This document shows, in pieces, positions 19,001 through 27,315 of a DNA stretch of 51,897 nucleotides (position 1 is the stretch's first letter; the number at the start of each line of letters is the position of its first letter). The notes under the pieces are model-generated. The model had not been told where the DNA came from, did no database searches, and saw nothing but the letters and a program-made list of their open reading frames with translations. Source of the stretch: a virus (lineage: Duplodnaviria; Caudoviricetes); IMG/VR virus record IMGVR_UViG_3300032893_000068, positions 1 to 51,897 of that record; one strand, 5' to 3'. Position numbers and translations under genes: made by a program.

Positions 19001-19705
19001 TTTTGCAATGATAGATGATCGCTCAATTCCTGCACCCTTTAACATAATATTAGAAGGATGATAAATACTATTTGTTACTGCGTAATTTTTTGTAAGTAAA
19101 ACAGTGCCACCACCAGCAGCACTAACTGCTGTTATAGCATTACGAATGGCTGTAGTATCATCAGTAGTTCCATCACCAATAGCTCCATATTGCTCAACTG
19201 GCACAATAAGCATATTGTATTGTTTATTATTAAGTTGAGTTTGAATGGATGAAGTTACCCCATTGACATAACTAATCTCAGTTGCAGTAGTAGTTGCTAC
19301 AACTAAATTTCCACTTCCATCAGTAACTATAGCGCGAGATGGGGTATAAATTCCCCCACCGCCAATTGGAACACCATTAAAAGTAAGTTGGTCTGAAGAA
19401 TTAACTAAAAGAGAAAGATCAGCATTATTAGCAGCATTTCTCCATGAAATAGAGTCTGAAGTATTTGCAAGGCGCAGAATTCCAGTAGAAGCAATATTAA
19501 TTGTTTTGCTTTTGTAATAAAGAGACTTTAGACCAAAAGAAGCGCCAAAATCTGTCTCTGTAGACAGAGTAAAAGCTCCTCCGGTCTTTTGCAAACAACC
19601 AGCAGCAATAGCAATAAGGTAGTTGCTAACATTATTTCCCCACCCTACTTCTCCCGTTGCGGGGATGATGTAGTTCTGACCATTAAATGTAACCAATGAC
19701 GACAT
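16094..19705 (-). CDS. Tail spike/fibre with a right-handed beta-helix (pectate-lyase-like depolymerase)
   Basis: VEQYGAIGDGTTDDTTAIRNAI...GGGTV beta-helix entry motif, many (I/V)xxNxI repeats, N-terminal attachment domain. Confidence 0.85.
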   Translation of the reverse strand: MSSLVTFNGQNYIIPATGEVGWGNNVSNYLIAIAAGCLQKTGGAFTLSTETDFGASFGLKSLYYKSKTINIASTGILRLANTSDSISWRNAANNADLSLLVNSSDQLTFNGVPIGGGGIYTPSRAIVTDGSGNLVVATTTATEISYVNGVTSSIQTQLNNKQYNMLIVPVEQYGAIGDGTTDDTTAIRNAITAVSAAGGGTVLLTKNYAVTNSIYHPSNIMLKGAGIERSSIIAKSGSFPVDTALVYSAQANGTLYTTVSPGMGAAIVDIKLDCSGMPNATGDGTGQGYGVFNMTDFLATRVHVLSSQGYGFHMAADDGTYGLLNPTVAFCVIEDCGKHGNQDSIGGGNTSHSTFAFNWIKSPNGTAIDNVHVTDALWIGNKSTGASSHNGQIWSDFGMVKSRIINNYIENGSIHIYGYLAPGLLGAPSNVLIQGNYISNGGSSAIFVSAANQVSGDTRVATGCQIVNNIIDGCIDNAIVAQDAPGIVIANNSIPSWDTTLSGAAAIALLGGPNTAIGTTGCVIAGNTGTVSSTTLYYSEGTAGQTNKNTLYGNNFPGGTVTLDSTSPVSIFTIETPLAFADGSSSSPSLKLSNAVNTGFYKAGTNMLGYTSNGAAVWITESSNGFYPASTNTYNLGIAGTNHWKNLYLSTALLISATSNQLVLGTTNTTTISVSAPAASRIYTVPDAGGTSNFILSGWGQIVNADISASAAIAITKIAPGIANQIIGANAGATANEYKTLTPTTNQVTITHGAGTVTFGTPQNIDTSANVQFGTLALGSTLDSSSILSLTSTTKGFLPPRMTTMQRNAISSPTDGLVVYDTDLAELFLRASSVWTPLSVGGGSGTVSSGTQYQLTYYAANGTTVSGLTLITGSRALVSDSNGLPIAATTTATEIGYVSGVTSAIQTQLNAKAPIASPTFTGTATTPNLAVSGSSGNTLAVNTNDLYVDSTNHQVGIRLTPQLSLDVEAGTNITGGAFMSVIRGKSTSSQISDKPGIILGYNNAGTSGIVAAATQSAGTGLEFWTFNGSSWGARQSISSAGASTFSGNIAFTSTSTQGIVGTTTNDNAAAGNVGQTVSSAVSAVSLSNSVTWADATSISLTAGDWLISVIGNFLDNTNTTVSNYAMGVSTTSGDSGTGLSLGDNEISLTGYFQITGSTQTSAAIPGYRVSLSGTTTHYLKVSTTFSSGTQPQFYGRISAVRIR

Positions 19706-19737
19706 AGGTTATCCTTTGAGACTAAAGATGAACTGAC

Positions 19738-20277
19738 TTACGATGCGGAACCGTAGTTTTTAGAAACCTGTTTGCCGTCCGATCCACCTGAAAAGGCTGT
19801 TGCAGTGACATTGGTAAGACCTTCAGAAATCTGAAGTCCATTGCCCATTTTGCCAGGAACAACTGCTGTGATTGTTACAACACCCAAAGCAGATGTAGCT
19901 GTAACCACGCCAGACAAAGCTGCAACACTGTTGATAGCAAGAGCAATATTGGCAGCTTGAGTTGTTGGTGTAGCACTAATATTGAATTCACCATTGGCTG
20001 GAACTGCCCCAGATGTTTTCGCTGTGAGAGTCGTGTTAGCTACCAATGCTGTTTCACTATCTACAGCAGATCCAGTTGAGGTCATTGTAGCTGTGGCTTG
20101 AACCACTCCTGTAGCAACTTTAGTATATGAAGTTTGATTTCCGTCAACAATGGAGGTAAACAAAGCCTCAACAGCTTGTTCACTATAGGATGTGGCATTG
20201 GTATCAATGTCAAGTTTGGCTTGCATTGTTGTGGCTGAATCTGGAACTGAATGAATTATACGAACGAAAGATGACAT
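19738..20277 (-). CDS. Virion structural protein (head fibre or decoration-like)
   Basis: Directly after the capsid gene; AINS...VTATSALGVVTITAVVPG.GN motif. Confidence 0.65.
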   Translation of the reverse strand: MSSFVRIIHSVPDSATTMQAKLDIDTNATSYSEQAVEALFTSIVDGNQTSYTKVATGVVQATATMTSTGSAVDSETALVANTTLTAKTSGAVPANGEFNISATPTTQAANIALAINSVAALSGVVTATSALGVVTITAVVPGKMGNGLQISEGLTNVTATAFSGGSDGKQVSKNYGSAS

Positions 20278-20301
20278 TTAATTTCTCCTAAAAATATGAT
20301 T

Positions 20302-20382
20302 GATGTGTTGGATGATAGGCCCTAGAAGGAATAAAACCTTCTAAGGCCCATTTTTTCAACACACCATTACAGTGTGTTTGAA
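20302..20382. terminator. Hairpin set downstream of the major capsid gene
   Basis: GGCCCTAGAAGG-AATAAAA-CCTTCTAAGGCC stem followed by a T run on the + strand. Flanking GTGTGTTG/CAACAC arms can also pair. Confidence 0.6.
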
Positions 20383-20387
20383 ACTGA

Positions 20388-21665
20388 TTAGCTTAACGAA
20401 ATGTTGTAGATCAACACGCAGCGAGCCGGAAGCTCAATGAAGATTTGCTGGTTTGTCCACAGACGCAACTCATAAGCATTGTAGCCAGGAACATATTGGA
20501 AGAATTCATCACTGCCCATAACTTGCGGCATGAATTCAATATCCATAGAACCAATACGTTGCATGTGTTCAAAAGGCAAAATGAAGCAATCGCCTTGTTT
20601 CACATACAGGCTAGGAGTGATATTCATCGTACCATTCTGCGAATAGAACGTGAGCTTCTCAGCGCCATTCTCCATAACAGATTTCTTATACGAGCTATCA
20701 AACCGACGCGCACCAGATTGAGATGTAACCAAGTTCGCCCAAACTTTCGGGTTCACCAGAACATCCACTTCTGTATCCAAACCACGACCAACAGCAATAG
20801 CAACAGCATTTTGCAGAGCCAAGAAGGTTAGTTTACCAGAGTTGTTATCGACAGTGTTAGCTTTCCACAAGTCATAGGTCGCAGCACTGATATTGAATAG
20901 CGTACCTGTGTTTGTTAGGATTGTATACACACCTGTCATTTCATTTCCATAAGCACTATTGAAATAAATATCCAGAGTTGTAGGAGTCGTCACAACTAAC
21001 GCATGAAGGGCAGCAATACCAGTTGTAGAGCCACTTACTGTCAATGTGCGAAGGGTCGGGTTAACTGCTGTAATTGTAAAGATTGAATCAGCACCCGAAC
21101 TAACAAGTGTAACACCATTATAGAACTGAACTTGGTTGTTCACTGTCCCGGCCCAAATACCATCACTCCAAGAAGCTTCTGTGAAAGCAACGATTTCATG
21201 CGTTGTGTCCACATTCGAGGAACCAGTAAGAGCCGTTTTACCTAAACCCGCACCACCATACAACGCAGCCAATTCGACACGTTTGGACATCGAATCAATC
21301 ATACGCTTTGTGATGAGTTTGGTAGCCGACAAGAACGCTGCGCCCGATCCGAGGGACTGGGAGAGAGCGTCATAAGAGATTTGAGAAACCAGCGTGATTT
21401 GCGCGGGACGCACTTGAGCATCCGGCACGTTCAAGCTGATAGGGCCGTTCAACGCATAGTTACCAGCGTTATTCGCGGCATAGGTGAAGCCAGCTTCATC
21501 CGACAAGATAACGGGGGTGTGGAAAGCGTTACCGACGAGTGTAGCTTTGTTGAATTCTACGTTCTTCAACAGAACGCGGGACTCAGGGATCGCATCTTGA
21601 ATACCTTTCGGATTGTAGCGTTCCTTAAAATCACCGATAATTGACGAGGGAATTGTTGCAGCCAT
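20388..21665 (-). CDS. Major capsid protein (HK97 fold)
   Basis: 425 aa, between scaffold and tail genes, strongly biased codons, ends in PARCVLIYNI. Confidence 0.85.
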   Translation of the reverse strand: MAATIPSSIIGDFKERYNPKGIQDAIPESRVLLKNVEFNKATLVGNAFHTPVILSDEAGFTYAANNAGNYALNGPISLNVPDAQVRPAQITLVSQISYDALSQSLGSGAAFLSATKLITKRMIDSMSKRVELAALYGGAGLGKTALTGSSNVDTTHEIVAFTEASWSDGIWAGTVNNQVQFYNGVTLVSSGADSIFTITAVNPTLRTLTVSGSTTGIAALHALVVTTPTTLDIYFNSAYGNEMTGVYTILTNTGTLFNISAATYDLWKANTVDNNSGKLTFLALQNAVAIAVGRGLDTEVDVLVNPKVWANLVTSQSGARRFDSSYKKSVMENGAEKLTFYSQNGTMNITPSLYVKQGDCFILPFEHMQRIGSMDIEFMPQVMGSDEFFQYVPGYNAYELRLWTNQQIFIELPARCVLIYNISLS

Positions 21666-22046
21666 TGTAGATTACTTCCTTTTAAATGAATTTTTATTTG
21701 TTACGTTTTATTCAATAGGAACTTAGACAGGAATAGACTTAGGTGTGTCATCAACAGTTTTCACCATTTCTATTGCGTTATGGGCTTCTATTTTGCTCTG
21801 CCACCGTCCCTACATTGCAGGGGTGGGAGGACTTATATGGTAGCGGAAGATGGAATCGAACCACCGATCTTAAGCTTATGAGGCTTACGAGATGCCATTT
21901 CTCTATTCCGCGAATTGGCTTGATTTTTTACATGGATTGCAAGCCAGCGGCCATGTTGCTCAATCTTTCGATATTTTGCGAATTATAGGCTTTCCCTGAC
22001 CAGGGGCGTCATTACGCTAGGGGAAGTCAACCCCAAAACGCCTAAA
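21666..22046 (-). ncRNA. Structured intergenic RNA modules flanking tRNA-Met (four-way junction, two pseudoknots, long stems)
   Basis: Complementary segments read directly from the sequence; see findings. Confidence 0.5.
21838..21912 (-). tRNA. tRNA-Met(CAU), initiator-like, CCA encoded
   Basis: CGCGGAA TA GAGA AATGGCA TCTC G TAAGC CTCATAA GCTTA AGATC GGTGG TTCGATT CCATC TTCCGCT ACCA. C1:U72 mismatch and A11:U24 pair. Confidence 0.93.
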
Positions 22047-22259
22047 TTATGCGAATTGTTTACTAAGTGCTGCTTCAAGAACCAGAATTGATTGATCCCA
22101 GGCATCAGCATCACTAAGTCGCTTCGTCCCTAATACTAAATCTTCTTCTATATATGCTTCATGTACTTCATATCCACCATTTTTTTCAAGAAGAAAATAG
22201 GCAATAATTGGCTTTACTTTTCGTACTTCAGCAATAGATTTAACAGTTTCCTTAGCCAT
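22047..22259 (-). CDS. Hypothetical protein
   Basis: 70 aa, TAATG-coupled to the scaffold gene. Confidence 0.7.
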   Translation of the reverse strand: MAKETVKSIAEVRKVKPIIAYFLLEKNGGYEVHEAYIEEDLVLGTKRLSDADAWDQSILVLEAALSKQFA

Positions 22260-23221
22260 TATCTTCCACCTCGCTCTCTTTCCTCTTTTGCAGCACGATC
22301 AATGGATTTCCAATACTCATGTGAATTTTTCCATTTCTTTTCTTCTGGCTTCGCAGATCCAGCCTCACCTGCTGCGCCAGCTTTACCACCTTTCAACGGA
22401 TCTTTCACTTTGGTAAGGCTATGTTTCAAAATTGCATCTACAGCTTCTTGGCCGATCAATTCAATCAATTGTTCTGGTGAAGCACCGCGAAGAACACCGC
22501 TCAGTCCACTACGAACTTCTTTGACAACCAATGGAGCTACTTCTTTCATCGAAAGAAGAACACCATGCTTCTGTCGAACTTGATCTACTGCACGAGCTAA
22601 TTCAGCGACAATTCGTGCTGTCTTAGGCAACTGCGGAAAGGCTTCAAGAGCCTCAATTGCTTCTGCATGAAACCGCTGTTCCAATGCTTTAGCTTCTCGT
22701 TCAATCTTGGCTTGTTCTCGTGTTTGTTTTTCAGCAGCTTCTCTTTCTTCGTACTCTTTGATTTTCTTTTGGGCTTTTTCAAGCTCAATTTCACGAGGAT
22801 CACGAAGTTGATTTTTTACATCCTCTGCAACCTCATCATAAGCAAATTTCTTTGGGTCAAGACCAGTTTTTTCAAGAAATCCTTTCGGATCTTCTTTCGC
22901 CATTTTGAAAACTCGCATGGCTTCTTTCTTGGCTTTGCTGGCCTCTAAAAATTTCTTATCGGCACCCTTGGCTTTTTCAATCAAAGCTTTCATTTCGGCT
23001 ACAGTATATTCTTCACCTTCGCCAATTTTAATCTTCTCAATCGCCGTCTTTACTTCAGCTTTATCTGCTGCTGTAACAGAGGCAGCTTTTGTGTCTGTAC
23101 CTTTGTTTACTGGTTCACCATTCGGTTTAACCAATGCACCTTCTGCTTTGACATTGCTCAGATTGGATAAATCTGGCGTTGCATTGGGTGTAGCTGGTGC
23201 TACTGGGGCATTGTCTGCCAT
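22259..23221 (-). CDS. Capsid scaffolding protein
   Basis: Highly charged coiled coil between portal and capsid genes. AAGGAG RBS. Confidence 0.8.
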   Translation of the reverse strand: MADNAPVAPATPNATPDLSNLSNVKAEGALVKPNGEPVNKGTDTKAASVTAADKAEVKTAIEKIKIGEGEEYTVAEMKALIEKAKGADKKFLEASKAKKEAMRVFKMAKEDPKGFLEKTGLDPKKFAYDEVAEDVKNQLRDPREIELEKAQKKIKEYEEREAAEKQTREQAKIEREAKALEQRFHAEAIEALEAFPQLPKTARIVAELARAVDQVRQKHGVLLSMKEVAPLVVKEVRSGLSGVLRGASPEQLIELIGQEAVDAILKHSLTKVKDPLKGGKAGAAGEAGSAKPEEKKWKNSHEYWKSIDRAAKEERERGGR

Positions 23222-23286
23222 ACTATTTCTCCTTTAACGCTGTTCTCTTAATACTGCGGAACCTACGTGGCCTCAACTACTACTGC

Positions 23287-23640
23287 TTAAAGATATTCGA
23301 TGTTGACGATAACTTGATTCGCGGCAGGAGCCGTGTTATCATTATCAGCTACGCCAGTAGAAGCCCTCATGCTTATTCCTGTCGTAAAATTGATTCCATC
23401 TACTGAACTCCACGGTAAAGTTTGATTCGCTTGCAACGGAATCGTATGCGTGGGAGTGTCACTACTTGTCGGGGCTGTTGCTTTGTCGTACAACTTCACA
23501 TACACAATAGAACCAGCCGTGTTAGACAAAAGTGCTGTGAAAATTTGTCCTGCATTCGCTTTAGCAATCTGACCTGTTGTAGACAGATTGATATTACGAT
23601 ATGTTTTGTAGGGAAAATTCCCTGTTAGTAAGTTTGACAT
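23287..23640 (-). CDS. Small beta-sandwich virion protein
   Basis: VYVKLYDKATAPT...GINFTTGIS, similar to the C-terminus of 2935..3771. Confidence 0.7.
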   Translation of the reverse strand: MSNLLTGNFPYKTYRNINLSTTGQIAKANAGQIFTALLSNTAGSIVYVKLYDKATAPTSSDTPTHTIPLQANQTLPWSSVDGINFTTGISMRASTGVADNDNTAPAANQVIVNIEYL

Positions 23641-23649
23641 TTGAAATCC

Positions 23650-25878
23650 TTATTGTGGCATCCCTGGATGTTGGGGTACAGTTTGTTGTAAATTTTTGTA
23701 GGCATCTTGTATCATTGCTGGTGATCCCTTCGGAAGATTCGGCATTCCAGGTATAGCAGGAGCATTTGCCTTATCATTCGCCGGAACATTCTGCATCACA
23801 CCAGGAAGATTTGGTGCCGCTGGCACCTTTGATCCTCTTGGATTAGTTATCTGCCCTGGCACTCCTGGCGCATTTGGCGGGTTTCCGGCGGGATTCCCTT
23901 GCTGCGGAGGTTGCGGCGGTGTAACCGGCAAACCAATCTTTTGATCCAATTCAGCTTGTGCTTGCGGAGGCAAGTCTTTGTAATTGACTTGGATGTTGAT
24001 TCTATCATCTGACCCAGGAGCCGGAGGCTGTTGAGCTTGCGGTCGAGGCGGAATGTTTTGAATCGCCAGCATAGCAGGATTGTTTGCTGTGATTTGCTGC
24101 CACATTTGGTCATGCTGCATAAATAGATCAAGCGTATTCTTAACAATCGGACTATTAGCCTGACGACGAATTTCTGGATCAGACAACAAAGTGAGAAGTT
24201 CACGCATCCACAATGGATGATTGTCAGTTGTCAAAGCAACAACTTGTTTTCCATTCTGCAAATCTTCAAGTGCAGCTTTAATGGACATGAGTTCTGCTCT
24301 TTCATAAGCATACAAGGGCTCAAGTTGACCTGTACGAAGCACTGTAAAATATTCCTCTTTCGTTAGGACACCTGAGTTCATCAATTCCTGAGCAATTTGA
24401 ATTCTTCCAGCCAATGTGTTCATCAACGGATTTCCAGCTTCAACAAGAACACGGTCAATGTCTGCAATATCAGTATTAACAAACTCTCTCGCCAATGAAC
24501 GATTGTTCACACCAGAAATCAGAATGAGTCGTGGAGTTGTAGCGAATTCTTTGAGAATATCAATGATGCCAGTCCATGTTTCTTCCATTAAGGAATTATA
24601 TGAACGAGCAAGGGGACTGATAAAAGTTAGAGCTTGCGATGCAATAAATGCTAAAGCTGTCCCTGATTTTAGATTGGCTTCTGGATTTCCTTGAATCGTA
24701 TCATTGACACCGGAAATTTGGGCCATCTTCTGTTCAAGATACTCAATCCATTTAAAGATTTCCCCAGCCGTGGCGAGGAGATTAAGTGGCTCTGGTTTCG
24801 CTCCCTGAGTAACTGCTGCATCATAATAGATAGCGTTAAGTCCTTCAGTGAGTTGTTTAAGAGCAACTGATGTTTCTCTAGGAATAAGAATATTTTGCAC
24901 ACCGAATGCAGCTTGATTCGTTGTGATAGTCGAACAAAGGGCATTATACACCTTTTGAATCGGAAGAAGATCCATTGACACTGTATACGGGAATGGTGTA
25001 TTGAGTTGACGATCTGTAGCGATCCGACTCAGCGGAATTCGCTTATACGGCAATTCACCATCGAACAAGCATGTGTTCCCATCAATGAAAAGAGTAGCTC
25101 TACCACTTGGCAGAGTTGAAGTTTTCTTATGATAGAATGTATACAAAGGCACCAAGTCTGTATTTGGTTCATTGACCAAATGCCCAAGACGATGCCGCTT
25201 AACTACAGGAGAAATTGAAAGAGCTTTGATTTGCTCAGCATATTGTGGGAACTTGGCAACCAAATCCCAACGATTCACATATTTCCGCAAAATGTACCAA
25301 CTGCATTCTTCCCAAGATGATGCTGAATAGTCAAAAATGACATCTAGGGGATTGTAGGTCGAGATAACGAAATCACCTTTTGTTGTATTCGTTCCCGTTT
25401 CAGGATCAGACCCGTATACATCACCAAGGGTAGCATCCCACTCACGGGCGACGTAAGAACAACCCATAAGTAAAGCAATTTCAGTAGCGTTTTCATACAT
25501 ATCCTCTAAACGCTTTTCTTTTTCTACATAGTTCAGAATGTTTTTGCAAAAATCTACTTGAGCTTGGGATTCATAATCGCTGTTCACAGCAACAGGAATC
25601 GGGGTAACACGTTGCGCCGTCACCAAAGACAATAGATGGCGAAGAATGGCTCTGAAATGGTTTATGTTAAGACGCATAAAACCATCTGCTCCATAAGTCG
25701 GAAATAGATAATTTTGTTCATTGACTAAAAAATAATGATAGTACAAATCACGCCAATTAATCCAGCGCCCCGACATATCAAGATAACGATCAAATTCATC
25801 CACTTTATCGGTAAGAATACCGCAAAGTTGAAGGGGATCAACTGTAGCCCAATATTGGTCAAAATTTGTTGAATTCAT
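23650..25878 (-). CDS. Portal protein
   Basis: 742 aa directly after terL; QISGVNDTIQG...SGTAL podoviral portal motif; long Pro/Gln-rich tail. Confidence 0.9.
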   Translation of the reverse strand: MNSTNFDQYWATVDPLQLCGILTDKVDEFDRYLDMSGRWINWRDLYYHYFLVNEQNYLFPTYGADGFMRLNINHFRAILRHLLSLVTAQRVTPIPVAVNSDYESQAQVDFCKNILNYVEKEKRLEDMYENATEIALLMGCSYVAREWDATLGDVYGSDPETGTNTTKGDFVISTYNPLDVIFDYSASSWEECSWYILRKYVNRWDLVAKFPQYAEQIKALSISPVVKRHRLGHLVNEPNTDLVPLYTFYHKKTSTLPSGRATLFIDGNTCLFDGELPYKRIPLSRIATDRQLNTPFPYTVSMDLLPIQKVYNALCSTITTNQAAFGVQNILIPRETSVALKQLTEGLNAIYYDAAVTQGAKPEPLNLLATAGEIFKWIEYLEQKMAQISGVNDTIQGNPEANLKSGTALAFIASQALTFISPLARSYNSLMEETWTGIIDILKEFATTPRLILISGVNNRSLAREFVNTDIADIDRVLVEAGNPLMNTLAGRIQIAQELMNSGVLTKEEYFTVLRTGQLEPLYAYERAELMSIKAALEDLQNGKQVVALTTDNHPLWMRELLTLLSDPEIRRQANSPIVKNTLDLFMQHDQMWQQITANNPAMLAIQNIPPRPQAQQPPAPGSDDRINIQVNYKDLPPQAQAELDQKIGLPVTPPQPPQQGNPAGNPPNAPGVPGQITNPRGSKVPAAPNLPGVMQNVPANDKANAPAIPGMPNLPKGSPAMIQDAYKNLQQTVPQHPGMPQ

Positions 25879-25881
25879 TTA

Positions 25882-27315
25882 TTACCTTAATTTAAACATT
25901 CGTCTAATAGCATCATCTGTGGTAGATGTATCTTGTTGTGGAATTTGATTATTCGGAAACATAGTCCGTGAAACATCTAGATTATACAATGGCGGAATTG
26001 GATTGATATTTTGTACTGTTGGGATGAGTCCAGCGATCAAATATACAAAAGCATCAACAAAATCATAATGTCCAAGTTCTGCACTTCGCTCAAAATCCTC
26101 TCGATTACGTTTCCAGATTCCAAATTCGAGTGAAGTAATAAGCATCCGACACCGAGGGTGGATAACCACCTTGCCAGACCTGACATATTGACGAGCCTGG
26201 TTGACCATCCATTCTTTGCCACTTTTTTTACTTACCGGAGCAAAAGGTAATTTGTATATCCGAGCAAGATCTGCAATAATATTAAGATTATTATTATCGG
26301 CAATACGTCTAATGCGAACGTTGTTGCTATCTCTATAATTTCCTTCAAGCTTTGTTACTTCCTCAGCAAACTTTTCTGTTGTAAATTCATTCTCTCGTAA
26401 AGCTAGTTCATACTCGATAACAAGCCGAGCGTTGTTAAAATCATAATAACCCAAAATCCAGGCTGTGAAGTCTCGATAGCCCACATCCATTGACTCAACT
26501 GGGATATAGAAACGGAAGAAATCATTTTTTTCAACTTCTCCAACAAACTTGGTTGAGTCCCATTCAGGGATGATTTGAAGGCTGCTCTCTGTAACAAACT
26601 TACAGAAATATTCTCGTTGGCTAGTGGTGCTATCCCGTCCGCCAGATTCTTCCAAAAATCGCTGTATTTCATCTTTTGTGTACCAACTTTCATCAATCGT
26701 GTATTCGCTGTACGCCCCCCTTGCTTTGGCTTTCTCAGCATACACTTTGTATGGATGATCTGGTGTTGTGGGAGGTGTAGATGGAAGAATGATCTTCTTT
26801 CTTGGGCTGCTGCTGCTCAAAAGCTGTGGCAAGGCAATGTCTTTAATCACTGTTGTCAAATCATCAACGTCACGAGCCTCATCAATGACGAATTTATCTG
26901 ACTTGTTTCCACGCAAATTGTTGTACTGAAGATTGTTACAGCCGCAAAGTTTGATAAAACTGCCATTATCAAATACTACTTTGTTTTCTAAGCTCTTAAA
27001 TTTCGGCCTCAAATCTTCAGGGCAATCTTCAAGCAGTTGATTCAAGATGGGAATGAGATATTCCTTCACTTGATTCTGATAAGGAGCAGCAAAATGAATG
27101 TGAGACTTGGGAGTGCGAATGGCTTCTTCGATACAGATAAGAAGCATTGTAGTGGTTTTTCCCAAACGACGAGAACAATTCACTACATCAATTAATTCTT
27201 TACTCTCCGTTACCGTCTTGTAAATCTTTTTCTGGACTGGTTTCAGCTTGTAGATCAGATTTCCCTGAATCCACGCTTGTCGGATTGCTTGTTCCCGTTG
27301 TTCCGGTGTGAGCAT
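25882..27315 (-). CDS. terL: Terminase large subunit
   Basis: Walker A SRRLGKTT, Walker B FVIDEARD, coupling motif PSTP, RNase H-like nuclease MDVGYRD...HYDFVDA. Confidence 0.95.
   Translation of the reverse strand: MLTPEQREQAIRQAWIQGNLIYKLKPVQKKIYKTVTESKELIDVVNCSRRLGKTTTMLLICIEEAIRTPKSHIHFAAPYQNQVKEYLIPILNQLLEDCPEDLRPKFKSLENKVVFDNGSFIKLCGCNNLQYNNLRGNKSDKFVIDEARDVDDLTTVIKDIALPQLLSSSSPRKKIILPSTPPTTPDHPYKVYAEKAKARGAYSEYTIDESWYTKDEIQRFLEESGGRDSTTSQREYFCKFVTESSLQIIPEWDSTKFVGEVEKNDFFRFYIPVESMDVGYRDFTAWILGYYDFNNARLVIEYELALRENEFTTEKFAEEVTKLEGNYRDSNNVRIRRIADNNNLNIIADLARIYKLPFAPVSKKSGKEWMVNQARQYVRSGKVVIHPRCRMLITSLEFGIWKRNREDFERSAELGHYDFVDAFVYLIAGLIPTVQNINPIPPLYNLDVSRTMFPNNQIPQQDTSTTDDAIRRMFKLR

Noticed and set aside
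21795-21837. tRNA-associated HDV-like (theta) ribozyme
   Set aside because: The helix order is similar, but there is no J4/2 strand with a catalytic C, no P1.1, and it does not start with G at the tRNA 3' end.
21914-21965. SAM-II riboswitch resemblance on the + strand (TGATTT…TTGCAAG…TGTTGCT)
   Set aside because: It is antisense to all local genes and the 3' consensus is poorly matched. The minus-strand pseudoknot explains the pairing. An Infernal search would settle it.
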